A DNA stretch of 64,000 nucleotides from the human T2T-CHM13v2.0 reference genome, Homo sapiens. The notes beneath the pieces are model-generated. The model had not been told where the DNA came from. It saw nothing but the letters and a program-made list of their open reading frames with translations, and searched no databases. The stretch is from the NCBI RefSeq assembly GCF_009914755.1, contig NC_060948.1, one strand, 5' to 3'. Numbering within the stretch: the first letter of the stretch is position 1; every line of letters begins with the position of its first letter. The translations under genes were made by a program, and so were the position numbers. Positions 18,492 to 37,851 of the stretch are shown piece by piece.

Positions 18492-20619
18492 AGATCCATA
18501 TTTTTTAAATGAAAAAAAATTTCAAAGGTACTCTGCTTGGTACAATAATCAAATGTATAAACTGAGGAATAAAACATAACCATGAAACCTACTTATAACT
18601 GCATATGGAAAATACAGAGGATAATTTTTTAAATAACATATTTTGAAAGCCTTAACTAGTAATTTGAAGAGTTGGCATTTGAAAGGCCAGTATGAATATA
18701 CCTTCAAAGCAGCAACACAGGTTCCCCATGAGAAAAAGCAAACACAGGGAAAATAAAAACACAAAGGTTCAATCTCTTCTGACCTTTGAAAGACACAGCA
18801 CAGACAGTGGTCCTTAGGACGAAGAGCAGGAGACCCCTAATTCCGTCACCATGGCGATAGGGCATAAACATTGCTGGGTGAGGGCACAATCCACATTGTG
18901 AGGTCCAACTGCTGCCAGGAAGACAGGAGTGCTTTTACATAGACCGAAAGGTCATTGAAGGCTCAGAGTTTTGTTTCAAGAATTGAATCCCAAGCCCACA
19001 CGTTATTACGCTGCGCTTCTTAAAACAAGTTATGAGATGGGAAAAAGGGCACCCACAAACATACGTATACATTATGTATATAATAATATACAGTATCATA
19101 TATATAATATATATAACCTATGTATAATATTGTTTTACATCCTGCATCTTATATTATATATATTGTATAAAATATAATAATTGATAATATATAAGTTTTA
19201 TAATTATACAATATGACATATAGTATATATTATAATTTATGACATATATAATATATGTTATATATCATATATAGAATATATTATACGGTTAATATACGTA
19301 TTAAATATAAATTATACATTATATATATTATATATAATATATCTGTTATATATAATACGCATTATGCATAATATATATATTATGTCTATGTTATATATAG
19401 TATAAAACAACATATAATAATATATAATTGTATATATAAAATGCGACATATAATATATATTATATTTTATAACATATGTAATATATATTATATATTATAT
19501 ATAATACGTTGTATGTATAATACCTATATTAAATATATATTATATGACTATGTTATTAATTACATGTCACATGTGTTATATATTATATATTTTACATAGA
19601 ATATACCGGTTACATACAATATATACTATGTTACCTATAATGTATAATTGATTACATGTAAAATAAAGAATGCAATATATTATGTATAATTTATAATATA
19701 CAATATGTGGAATGTGATATATATAACATATAATATATGATATATGATATACAGTATATGATATATAACATACAATATATGATACCTAATATATATGGTA
19801 TACAATATATATTTTAAGATATGTATTCTATATGTTTTATATTCTGTTATATATAAGTATTTGAAATTATATATAACTGTATAATATTTTATGTAAATAT
19901 GTAATATAATATATATAACTATATAATATATTATATATAACTCTATATTATGTTATATATACTTTTATAACATAATTTACATAAAATGTCATAATATAAT
20001 ATATATTATATTATTTCACATTACATAATATATATTACATATCACCCAATATAAGTAACATACATAATATTATAATATATATTATATTATGTTATATTAA
20101 ATATCATATATATCATGTATCATATATTCTATAATATATATTACACATTATATAATATGTATGTTGTCTATTTTCTGATATATAAAACTATATATATAAT
20201 TATATTATTATACATATAACTAGACAAACATATAATTCTACATATTTTCATTTGTAATATATAGAATTATATAATCATATATAATTATTTATATTCTATA
20301 AAAAATTATATCATTATATAAATTATAATATAAAAAAATTATAATATGTACTACAAATATACATATTATATATCATATATGATATAGTACCTTTGTTATA
20401 TATCATAATACATATAAATGTGTATTATGTTATCTATAATTATATAATTTCATATATAAGATGTATAATATGTATTATATATTGTCTATGTTATGTAATA
20501 TATATAGTATATGTAAGCTGACACAGGATAAATATTATATACTATGACATATAAAATATATGAGGTTATATGTTACATATAAGGCATAGCACATAACATG
20601 TAATATATATCATATATAA

Positions 20620-20911
<292 letters not shown>

Positions 20912-23016
20912 AGATCCATATTTTTTAAATGAAAAAAAATTTCAAAGGTACTCTGCTTGGTACAATAATCAAATGTATAAACTGAGGAATAAAACATAAC
21001 CATGAAACCTACTTATAACTGCATATGGAAAATACAGAGGATAATTTTTTAAATAACATATTTTGAAAGCCTTAACTAGTAATTTGAAGAGTTGGCATTT
21101 GAAAGGCCAGTATGAATATACCTTCAAAGCAGCAACACAGGTTCCCCATGAGAAAAAGCAAACACAGGGAAAATAAAAACACAAAGGTTCAATCTCTTCT
21201 GACCTTTGAAAGACACAGCACAGACAGTGGTCCTTAAGACGAAGAGCAGGAGACCCCTAATTCCGTCACCATGGCGATAGGGCATAAACATTGCTGGGTG
21301 AGGGCACAATCCACATTGTGAGGTCCAACTGCTGCCAGGAAGACAGGAGTGCTTTTACATAGACCGAAAGGTCATTGAAGGCTCAGAGTTTTGTTTCAAG
21401 AACTGAATCCCAAGCCCACACGTTATTACGCTGCGCTTCTTAAAACAATTTATGAGATGGGAAAAAGGGCACCCACAAACATACGTATACATTATGTATA
21501 TAATAATATACAGTATCATATATATAATATATATGACCTATGTATAATATTGTTTTACATCCTGCATCTTATGTTATATATATTGTATAAAATATAATAA
21601 TTGATAATATATAAGTTTTATAATTATACAATATGACATATAGTATATATTATAATTTATGACATATATAGTATATGTTATATATCATATATAGAATATA
21701 TTATACGGTTAATATACGTATTAAATATAAATTATACATTATATATATTATATATAATATATCTATTATATATAATACCCATTATGCATAATATATATAT
21801 TATGTCTATGTTATATATAGTATAAAACAACATATAATAATATATAATTGTATATATAAAATGCGACATATAATATATATTATATTTTATAACATATGTA
21901 ATATATATTATATATTATATATAATACGTTGTATGTATAATACCTATATTAAATATATATTATATGACTATGTTATTAATTACATGTCACATGTGTTATA
22001 TATTATATATTTTACATAGAATATACCGGTTACATACAATATATACTATCTTACCTATAATGTATAATTTATTACATGTAAAATAAAGAATGCAATATAT
22101 TATGTATAATTTATAATATACAATATGTGGAATGTGATATATGTAACATATAATATATGATATATGATATACAGTATATGATATATAACATACAATATAT
22201 GATTCCTAATATATATGGTATACAATATATATTTTATGATATGTATTCTATATGTTTTATATTCTGTTATATATAACTATTTGAAATTATATATAACTGT
22301 ATAATATTTTATGTAAATATGTAATATAATATATATAACTATATAATATATTATATATAACTATATATTATGTTATATATACTTTTATAACATAATTTAC
22401 ATAAAATATCATAATATAATGTATAATATATTATTTCATATTACATAATATATATTACATATCACCCAATATAACTAACATACATAATATTATAATATAG
22501 ATTATATTATGTTATATTATATATCATATATATCATGTATCATATATTCTATAATATATATTACACATTATATAATATGTATGTTGTCTATTATGTGATA
22601 TATATAACTCTATATATAATTATATTTTTATACATATAACTAGATAAACATGTAATTCTACATATTTTCATTTATAATATGTACAATTATATAATCATAT
22701 ATAATTATTTATATTCTATAAAAAATTTTATCATTATATAAATTATAATATATAAAAATTATAATATGTACTACAAATATATATATTATATATCATATAT
22801 GATATAGTACCTTTGTTATATATCATAATACATATAAATGTGTATTATGTTATCTATAATTATATAATTTCATATATAAGATGTATAATATGTATCATAT
22901 ATTATATATGTTATGTAATATATACAGTATATATAAGATGACACAGGATAAATATTATATACTATGACATATAAAATATATGAGGTTATATGTTACATAT
23001 AAGGCATAGCACATAA

Positions 23017-23331
<315 letters not shown>

Positions 23332-25459
23332 AGATCCATATTTTTTAAATGAAAAAAAATTTCAAAGGTACTCTGCTTGGTACAATAATCAAATGTATAA
23401 ACTGAGGAATAAAACATAACCATGAAACCTACTTATAACTGCATATGGAAAATACAGAGGATAATTTTTTAAATAACATATTTTGAAAGCCTTAACTAGT
23501 AATTTGAAGAGTTGGCATTTGAAAGGCCAGTATGAATATACCTTCAAAGCAGCAACACAGGTTCCCCATGAGAAAAAGCAAACACAGGGAAAATAAAAAC
23601 ACAAAGGTTCAATCTCTTCTGACCTTTGAAAGACACAGCACAGACAGTGGTCCTTAGGACGAAGAGCAGGAGACCCCTAATTCCGTCACCATGGCGATAG
23701 GGCATAAACATTGCTGGGTGAGGGCACAATCCACATTGTGAGGTCCAACTGCTGCCAGGAAGACAGGAGTGCTTTTACATAGACCGAAAGGTCATTGAAG
23801 GCTCAGAGTTTTGTTTCAAGAACTGAATCCCAAGCCCACACGTTATTACGCTGCGCTTCTTAAAACAAGTTATGAGATGGGAAAAAGGGCACCCACAAAC
23901 ATACGTATACATTATGTATATAATAATATACAGTATCATATATATAATATATATAACCTATGTATAATATTGTTTTACATCCTGCATCTTATATTATATA
24001 TATTGTATAAAATATAATAATTGATAATATATAAGTTTTATAATTATACAATATGACATATAGTATATATTATAATTTATGACATATATAATATATGTTA
24101 TATATCATATATAGAATATATTATACGGTTAATATACGTATTAAATATAAATTATACATTATATATATTATATATAATATATCTGTTATATATAATACCC
24201 ATTATGCATAATATATATATTATGTCTATGTTATATATAGTATAAAACAACATATAATAATATATAATTGTATATATAAAATGCGACATATAATATATAT
24301 TATATTTTATAACATATGTAATATATATTATATATTATATATAATACGTTGTATGTATAATACCTATATTAAATATATATTATATGACTATGTTATTAAT
24401 TACATGTCACATGTGTTATATATTATATATTTTACATAGAATATACCGGTTACATACAATATATACTATGTTACCTATAATGTATAATTGATTACATGTA
24501 AAATAAAGAATGCAATATATTATGTATAATTTATAATATACAATATGTGGAATGTGATATATATAACATATAATATATGATATATGATATACAGTATATG
24601 ATATATAACATACAATATATGATACCTAATATATATGGTATACAATATATATTTTAAGATATGTATTCTATATGTTTTATATTCTGTTATATATAAGTAT
24701 TTGAAATTATATATAACTGTATAATATTTTATGTAAATATGTAATATAATATATATAACTATATAATATATTATATATAACTCTATATTATGTTATATAT
24801 ACTTTTATAACATAATTTACATAAAATGTCATAATATAATATATATTATATTATTTCACATTACATAATATATATTACATATCACCCAATATAAGTAACA
24901 TACATAATATTATAATATATATTATATTATGTTATATTAAATATCATATATATCATGTATCATATATTCTATAATATATATTACACATTATATAATATGT
25001 ATGTTGTCTATTTTCTGATATATAAAACTATATATATAATTATATTATTATACATATAACTAGATAAACATATAATTCTACATATTTTCATTTGTAATAT
25101 ATAGAATTATATAATCATATATAATTATTTATATTCTATAAAAAATTATATCATTATATAAATTATAATATAAAAAAATTATAATATGTACTACAAATAT
25201 ACATATTATATATCATATATGATATAGTACCTTTGTTATATATCATAATACATATAAATGTGTATTATGTTATCTATAATTATATAATTTCATATATAAG
25301 ATGTATAATATGTATTATATATTGTCTATGTTATGTAATATATATAGTATATGTAAGCTGACACAGGATAAATATTATATACTATGACATATAAAATATA
25401 TGAGGTTATATGTTACATATAAGGCATAGCACATAACATGTAATATATATCATATATAA

Positions 25460-25751
<292 letters not shown>

Positions 25752-27879
25752 AGATCCATATTTTTTAAATGAAAAAAAATTTCAAAGGTACTCTGCTTGG
25801 TACAATAATCAAATGTATAAACTGAGGAATAAAACATAACCATGAAACCTACTTATAACTGCATATGGAAAATACAGAGGATAATTTTTTAAATAACATA
25901 TTTTGAAAGCCTTAACTAGTAATTTGAAGAGTTGGCATTTGAAAGGCCAGTATGAATATACCTTCAAAGCAGCAACACAGGTTCCCCATGAGAAAAAGCA
26001 AACACAGGGAAAATAAAAACACAAAGGTTCAATCTCTTCTGACCTTTGAAAGACACAGCACAGACAGTGGTCCTTAAGACGAAGAGCAGGAGACCCCTAA
26101 TTCCGTCACCATGGCGATAGGGCATAAACATTGCTGGGTGAGGGCACAATCCACATTGTGAGGTCCAACTGCTGCCAGGAAGACAGGAGTGCTTTTACAT
26201 AGACCGAAAGGTCATTGAAGGCTCAGAGTTTTGTTTCAAGAACTGAATCCCAAGCCCACACGTTATTACGCTGCGCTTCTTAAAACAATTTATGAGATGG
26301 GAAAAAGGGCACCCACAAACATACGTATACATTATGTATATAATAATATACAGTATCATATATATAATATATAGGACCTATGTATAATATTGTTTTACAT
26401 CCTGCATCTTATGTTATATATATTGTATAAAATATAATAATTGATAATATATAAGTTTTATAATTATACAATATGACATATAGTATATATTATAATTTAT
26501 GACATATATAATATATGTTATATATCATATATAGAATATATTATACGGTTAATATACGTATTAAATATAAATTATACATTATATATATTATATATAATAT
26601 ATCTATTATATATAATACCCATTATGCATAATATATATATTATGTCTATGTTATATATAGTATAAAACAACATATAATAATATATAATTGTATATATAAA
26701 ATGCGACATATAATATATATTATATTTTATAACATATGTAATATATATTATATATTATATATAATACGTTGTATGTATAATACCTATATTAAATATATAT
26801 TATATGACTATGTTATTAATTACATGTCACATGTGTTATATATTATATATTTTACATAGAATATACCGGTTACATACAATATATACTATGTTACCTATAA
26901 TGTATAATTTATTACATGTAAAATAAAGAATGCAATATATTATGTATAATTTATAATATACAATATGTGGAATGTGATATATGTAACATATAATATATGA
27001 TATATGATATACAGTATATGATATATAACATACAATATATGATTCCTAATATATATGGTATACAATATATATTTTATGATATGTATTCTATATGTTTTAT
27101 ATTCTGTTATATATAACTATTTGAAATTATATATAACTGTATAATATTTTATGTAAATATGTAATATAATATATATAACTATATAATATATTATATATAA
27201 CTATATATTATGTTATATATACTTTTATAACATAATTTACATAAAATATCATAATACAATATATATTATATTATTTCATATTACATAATATATATTACAT
27301 ATCACCCAATATAACTAACATACATAATATTATAATATAGATTATATTATGTTATATTAAATATCATATATATCATGTATCATATATTCTATAATATATA
27401 TTACACATTATAAAGTATGTATGTTGTCTATTATGTGATATATATAACTCTATATATAATTATATTATTATACATATAACTAGATAAACATGTAATTCTA
27501 CATATTTTCATTTATAATATGTAGAATTATATAATCATATATAATTATTTATATTCTATAAAAAATTTTATCATTATATAAATTATAATATATAAAAATT
27601 ATAATATGTACTACAAATATATATATTATATATCATATATGATATAGTACCTTTGTTATATATCATAATACATATAAATGTGTATTATGTTATCTATAAT
27701 TATATAATTTCATATATAAGATGTATAATATGTATCATATATTATATATGTTATGTAATATATATAGTATATATAAGATGACACAGGATAAATATTATAT
27801 ACTATGACATATAAAATATATGAGGTTATATGTTACATATAAGGCATAGCACATAACATGTAATATATACCATATATAA

Positions 27880-28171
27880 TTTTTTTTTAGACAGAATCTT
27901 GTCCTGTTGCACAGGGTGGGGTACAATGGCGCCATCTTTGCTCACTGCAACTTCTGCCTCACGGGTCCAAGCGATTGTCCTCCCTCAGCCTCCCAGGTAG
28001 CTGGGACTACACCACACTGGGACTACACCAGCTGCCACCATGCCTAGCTAATTTTTTGGATTTTTAGTAGTGACAGCGTTTCACTGTATTGGCCAGGATG
28101 GTCTTGATCTCTTCACCTTGTGATCCCCTTGCCTTGGCCTCCAAATTTGCTGGGATTACAGGCCTGAGCCA
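27880..28171 (-). mobile_element. Alu copy, unit 12
   Basis: Same landmarks. Confidence 0.95.
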
Positions 28172-30299
28172 AGATCCATATTTTTTAAATGAAAAAAAAT
28201 TTCAAAGGTACTCTGCTTGGTACAATAATCAAATGTGTAAACTGAGGAATAAAACATAACCATGAAACCTACTTATAACTGCATATGGAAAATACAGAGG
28301 ATAATTTTTTAAATAACATATTTTGAAAGCCTTAACTAGTAATTTGAAGAGCTGGCATTTGAAAGGCCAGTATGAATATACCTTCAAAGCAGCAACACAG
28401 GTTCCCCATGAGAAAAAGCAAACACAGGGAAAATAAAAACACAAAGGTTCAATCTCTTCTGACCTTTGAAAGACACAGCACAGACAGTGGTCCTTAGGAC
28501 GAAGAGCAGGAGACCCCTAATTCCGTCACCATGGCGATAGGGCATAAACATTGCTGGGTGAGGGCACAATCCACATTGTGAGGTCCAACTGCTGCCAGGA
28601 AGACAGGAGTGCTTTTACATAGACCGAAAGGTCATTGAAGGCTCAGAGTTTTGTTTCAAGAACTGAATCCCAAGCCCACACGTTATTAGGCTGCGCTTCT
28701 TTAAACAAGTTATGAGATGGGAAAAAGGGCACCCACAAACATACGTATACATTATGTATATAATAATATACAGTATCATATATATAATATATATAACCTA
28801 TGTATAATATTGTTTTACATCCTGCATCTTTTGTTATATATATTGTATAAAATATAATAATTGATAATATATAAGTTTTATATTTATACAATATGACATA
28901 TAGTATATATTATAATTTATGACATATATAATATATGTTATATATCATATATAGAATATATTATACGGTTAATATACGTATTAAATATAAATTATACATT
29001 ATATATATTATATATAATATATCTGTTATATATAATACCCATTATGCATAATATATATATTATGTCTATGTTATATATAGTATAAAACAACATATAATAA
29101 TATATAATTGTATATATAAAATGCGACATATAATATATATTATATTTTATGACATATGTAATATATATTATATATTATATATAATACGTTGTATGTATAA
29201 TACCTATATTAAATATATATTATATGACTATGTTATTAATTACATGTCACATGTGTTATATATTATTTATTTTACATAGAATATACCGGTTACATACAAT
29301 ATATACTATGTTACCTATAATGTATAATTTATTACATGTAAAATAAAGAATGCAATATATTATGTATAATTTATAATATACAATATGTGGAATGTGATAT
29401 ATATAACATATAATATATGATATATGATATACAGTATATGATATATAACATACAATATATGATACCTAATATATATGGTATACAATATATATTTTAAGAT
29501 ATGTATTCTATATGTTTTATATTCTGTTATATATAAGTATTTGAAATTATATATAACTGTATAATATTTTATGTAAATATGTAATATAATATATATAACT
29601 ATATAATATATTATATATAACTCTATATTATGTTATATATACTTTTATAACATAATTTACATAAAATGTCATAATATAATATATATTATATTATTTCACA
29701 TTACATAATATATATTACATATCACCCAATATAAGTAACATACATAATATTATAATATATATTATATTATGTTATATTAAATATCATATATATCATGTAT
29801 CATATATTCTATAATATATATTACACATTATATAATATGTATGTTGTCTATTTTCTGATATATAAAACTATATATATAATTATATTATTATACATATAAC
29901 TAGACAAACATATAATTCTACATATTTTCATTTGTAATATATAGAATTATATAATCATATATAATTATTTATATTCTATAAAAAATTATATCATTATATA
30001 AATTATAATATAAAAAAATTATAATATGTACTACAAATATACATATTATATATCATATATGATATAGTACCTTTGTTATATATCATAATACATATAAATG
30101 TGTATTATGTTATCTATAATTATATAATTTCATATATAAGATGTATAATATGTATTATATATTGTCTATGTTATGTAATATATATAGTATATGTAAGCTG
30201 ACACAGGATAAATATTATATACTATGACATATAAAATATATGAGGTTATATGTTACATATAAGGCATAGCACATAACATGTAATATATATCATATATAA

Positions 30300-30591
<292 letters not shown>

Positions 30592-32696
30592 AGATCCATA
30601 TTTTTTAAATGAAAAAAAATTTCAAAGGTACTCTGCTTGGTACAATAATCAAATGTATAAACTGAGGAATAAAACATAACCATGAAACCTACTTATAACT
30701 GCATATGGAAAATACAGAGGATAATTTTTTAAATAACATATTTTGAAAGCCTTAACTAGTAATTTGAAGAGTTGGCATTTGAAAGGCCAGTATGAATATA
30801 CCTTCAAAGCAGCAACACAGGTTCCCCATGAGAAAAAGCAAACACAGGGAAAATAAAAACACAAAGGTTCAATCTCTTCTGACCTTTGAAAGACACAGCA
30901 CAGACAGTGGTCCTTAAGACGAAGAGCAGGAGACCCCTAATTCCGTCACCATGGCGATAGGGCATAAACATTGCTGGGTGAGGGCACAATCCACATTGTG
31001 AGGTCCAACTGCTGCCAGGAAGACAGGAGTGCTTTTACATAGACCGAAAGGTCATTGAAGGCTCAGAGTTTTGTTTCAAGAACTGAATCCCAAGCCCACA
31101 CGTTATTACGCTGCGCTTCTTAAAACAATTTATGAGATGGGAAAAAGGGCACCCACAAACATACGTATACATTATGTATATAATAATATACAGTATCATA
31201 TATATAATATATATGACCTATGTATAATATTGTTTTACATCCTGCATCTTATGTTATATATATTGTATAAAATATAATAATTGATAATATATAAGTTTTA
31301 TAATTATACAATATGACATATAGTATATATTATAATTTATGACATATATAATATATGTTATATATCATATATAGAATATATTATACGGTTAATATACGTA
31401 TTAAATATAAATTATACATTATATATATTATATATAATATATCTATTATATATAATACCCATTATGCATAATATATATATTATGTCTATGTTATATATAG
31501 TATAAAACAACATATAATAATATATAATTGTATATATAAAATGCGACATATAATATATATTATATTTTATAACATATGTAATATATATTATATATTATAT
31601 ATAATACGTTGTATGTATAATACCTATATTAAATATATATTATATGACTATGTTATTAATTACATGTCACATGTGTTATATATTATATATTTTACATAGA
31701 ATATACCGGTTACATACAATATATACTATCTTACCTATAATGTATAATTTATTACATGTAAAATAAAGAATGCAATATATTATGTATAATTTATAATATA
31801 CAATATGTGGAATGTGATATATGTAACATATAATATATGATATATGATATACAGTATATGATATATAACATACAATATATGATTCCTAATATATATGGTA
31901 TACAATATATATTTTATGATATGTATTCTATATGTTTTATATTCTGTTATATATAACTATTTGAAATTATATATAACTGTATAATATTTTATGTAAATAT
32001 GTAATATAATATATATAACTATATAATATATTATATATAACTATATATTATGTTATATATACTTTTATAACATAATTTACATAAAATATCATAATATAAT
32101 GTATAATATATTATTTCATATTACATAATATATATTACATATCACCCAATATAACTAACATACATAATATTATAATATAGATTATATTATGTTATATTAT
32201 ATATCATATATATCATGTATCATATATTCTATAATATATATTACACATTATATAATATGTATGTTGTCTATTATGTGATATATATAACTCTATATATAAT
32301 TATATTTTTATACATATAACTAGATAAACATGTAATTCTACATATTTTCATTTATAATATGTACAATTATATAATCATATATAATTATTTATATTCTATA
32401 AAAAATTTTATCATTATATAAATTATAATATATAAAAATTATAATATGTACTACAAATATATATATTATATATCATATATGATATAGTACCTTTGTTATA
32501 TATCATAATACATATAAATGTGTATTATGTTATCTATAATTATATAATTTCATATATAAGATGTATAATATGTATCATATATTATATATGTTATGTAATA
32601 TATACAGTATATATAAGATGACACAGGATAAATATTATATACTATGACATATAAAATATATGAGGTTATATGTTACATATAAGGCATAGCACATAA

Positions 32697-33011
<315 letters not shown>

Positions 33012-35139
33012 AGATCCATATTTTTTAAATGAAAAAAAATTTCAAAGGTACTCTGCTTGGTACAATAATCAAATGTATAAACTGAGGAATAAAACATAAC
33101 CATGAAACCTACTTATAACTGCATATGGAAAATACAGAGGATAATTTTTTAAATAACATATTTTGAAAGCCTTAAGTAGTAATTTGAAGAGTTGGCATTT
33201 GAAAGGCCAGTATGAATATACCTTCAAAGCAGCAACACAGGTTCCCCATGAGAAAAAGCAAACACAGGGAAAATAAAAACACAAAGGTTCAATCTCTTCT
33301 GACCTTTGAAAGACACAGCACAGACAGTGGTCCTTAGGACGAAGAGCAGGAGACCCCTAATTCCGTCACCATGGCGATAGGGCATAAACATTGCTGGGTG
33401 AGGGCACAATCCACATTGTGAGGTCCAACTGCTGCCAGGAAGACAGGAGTGCTTTTACATAGACCGAAAGGTCATTGAAGGCTCAGAGTTTTGTTTCAAG
33501 AACTGAATCCCAAGCCCACACGTTATTACGCTGCGCTTCTTAAAACAAGTTATGAGATGGGAAAAAGGGCACCCACAAACATACGTATACATTATGTATA
33601 TAATAATATACAGTATCATATATATAATATATATAACCTATGTATAATATTGTTTTACATCCTGCATCTTTTGTTATATATATTGTATAAAATATAATAA
33701 TTGATAATATATAAGTTTTATATTTATACAATATGACATATAGTATATATTATAATTTATGACATATATAATATATGTTATATATCATATATAGAATATA
33801 TTATACGGTTAATATACGTATTAAATATAAATTATACATTATATATATTATATATAATATATCTGTTATATATAATACCCATTATGCATAATATATATAT
33901 TATGTCTATGTTATATATAGTATAAAACAACATATAATAATATATAATTGTATATATAAAATGCGACATATAATATATATTATATTTTATGACATATGTA
34001 ATATATATTATATATTATATATAATACGTTGTATGTATAATACCTATATTAAATATATATTATATGACTATGTTATTAATTACATGTCACATGTGTTATA
34101 TATTATTTATTTTACATAGAATATACCGGTTACATACAATATATACTATGTTACCTATAATGTATAATTTATTACATGTAAAATAAAGAATGCAATATAT
34201 TATGTATAATTTATAATATACAATATGTGGAATGTGATATATATAACATATAATATATGATATATGATATACAGTATATGATATATAACATACAATATAT
34301 GATACCTAATATATATGGTATACAATATATATTTTAAGATATGTATTCTATATGTTTTATATTCTGTTATATATAAGTATTTGAAATTATATATAACTGT
34401 ATAATATTTTATGTAAATATGTAATATAATATATATAACTATATAATATATTATATATAACTCTATATTATGTTATATATACTTTTATAACATAATTTAC
34501 ATAAAATGTCATAATATAATATATATTATATTATTTCACATTACATAATATATATTACATATCACCCAATATAAGTAACATACATAATATTATAATATAT
34601 ATTATATTATGTTATATTAAATATCATATATATCATGTATCATATATTCTATAATATATATTACACATTATATAATATGTATGTTGTCTATTTTCTGATA
34701 TATAAAACTATATATATAATTATATTATTATACATATAACTAGACAAACATATACTTCTACATATTTTCATTTGTAATATATAGAATTATATAATCATAT
34801 ATAATTATTTATATTCTATAAAAAATTATATCATTATATAAATTATAATATAAAAAAATTATAATATGTACTACAAATATACATATTATATATCATATAT
34901 GATATAGTACCTTTGTTATATATCATAATACATATAAATGTGTATTATGTTATCTATAATTATATAATTTCATATATAAGATGTATAATATGTATTATAT
35001 ATTGTCTATGTTATGTAATATATATAGTATATGTAAGCTGACACAGGATAAATATTATATACTATGACATATAAAATATATGAGGTTATATGTTACATAT
35101 AAGGCATAGCACATAACATGTAATATATATCATATATAA

Positions 35140-35431
<292 letters not shown>

Positions 35432-37536
35432 AGATCCATATTTTTTAAATGAAAAAAAATTTCAAAGGTACTCTGCTTGGTACAATAATCAAATGTATAA
35501 ACTGAGGAATAAAACATAACCATGAAACCTACTTATAACTGCATATGGAAAATACAGAGGATAATTTTTTAAATAACATATTTTGAAAGCCTTAACTAGT
35601 AATTTGAAGAGTTGGCATTTGAAAGGCCAGTATGAATATACCTTCAAAGCAGCAACACAGGTTCCCCATGAGAAAAAGCAAACACAGGGAAAATAAAAAC
35701 ACAAAGGTTCAATCTCTTCTGACCTTTGAAAGACACAGCACAGACAGTGGTCCTTAAGACGAAGAGCAGGAGACCCCTAATTCCGTCACCATGGCGATAG
35801 GGCATAAACATTGCTGGGTGAGGGCACAATCCACATTGTGAGGTCCAACTGCTGCCAGGAAGACAGGAGTGCTTTTACATAGACCGAAAGGTCATTGAAG
35901 GCTCAGAGTTTTGTTTCAAGAACTGAATCCCAAGCCCACACGTTATTACGCTGCGCTTCTTAAAACAATTTATGAGATGGGAAAAAGGGCACCCACAAAC
36001 ATACGTATACATTATGTATATAATAATATACAGTATCATATATATAATATATATGACCTATGTATAATATTGTTTTACATCCTGCATCTTATGTTATATA
36101 TATTGTATAAAATATAATAATTGATAATATATAAGTTTTATAATTATACAATATGACATATAGTATATATTATAATTTATGACATATATAATATATGTTA
36201 TATATCATATATAGAATATATTATACGGTTAATATACGTATTAAATATAAATTATACATTATATATATTATATATAATATATCTATTATATATAATACCC
36301 ATTATGCATAATATATATATTATGTCTATGTTATATATAGTATAAAACAACATATAATAATATATAATTGTATATATAAAATGCGACATATAATATATAT
36401 TATATTTTATAACATATGTAATATATATTATATATTATATATAATACGTTGTATGTATAATACCTATATTAAATATATATTATATGACTATGTTATTAAT
36501 TACATGTCACATGTGTTATATATTATATATTTTACATAGAATATACCGGTTACATACAATATATACTATCTTACCTATAATGTATAATTTATTACATGTA
36601 AAATAAAGAATGCAATATATTATGTATAATTTATAATATACAATATGTGGAATGTGATATATGTAACATATAATATATGATATATGATATACAGTATATG
36701 ATATATAACATACAATATATGATTCCTAATATATATGGTATACAATATATATTTTATGATATGTATTCTATATGTTTTATATTCTGTTATATATAACTAT
36801 TTGAAATTATATATAACTGTATAATATTTTATGTAAATATGTAATATAATATATATAACTATATAATATATTATATATAACTATATATTATGTTATATAT
36901 ACTTTTATAACATAATTTACATAAAATATCATAATATAATGTATAATATATTATTTCATATTACATAATATATATTACATATCACCCAATATAACTAACA
37001 TACATAATATTATAATATAGATTATATTATGTTATATTATATATCATATATATCATGTATCATATATTCTATAATATATATTACACATTATATAATATGT
37101 ATGTTGTCTATTATGTGATATATATAACTCTATATATAATTATATTTTTATACATATAACTAGATAAACATGTAATTCTACATATTTTCATTTATAATAT
37201 GTACAATTATATAATCATATATAATTATTTATATTCTATAAAAAATTTTATCATTATATAAATTATAATATATAAAAATTATAATATGTACTACAAATAT
37301 ATATATTATATATCATATATGATATAGTACCTTTGTTATATATCATAATACATATAAATGTGTATTATGTTATCTATAATTATATAATTTCATATATAAG
37401 ATGTATAATATGTATCATATATTATATATGTTATGTAATATATACAGTATATATAAGATGACACAGGATAAATATTATATACTATGACATATAAAATATA
37501 TGAGGTTATATGTTACATATAAGGCATAGCACATAA

Positions 37537-37851
<315 letters not shown>

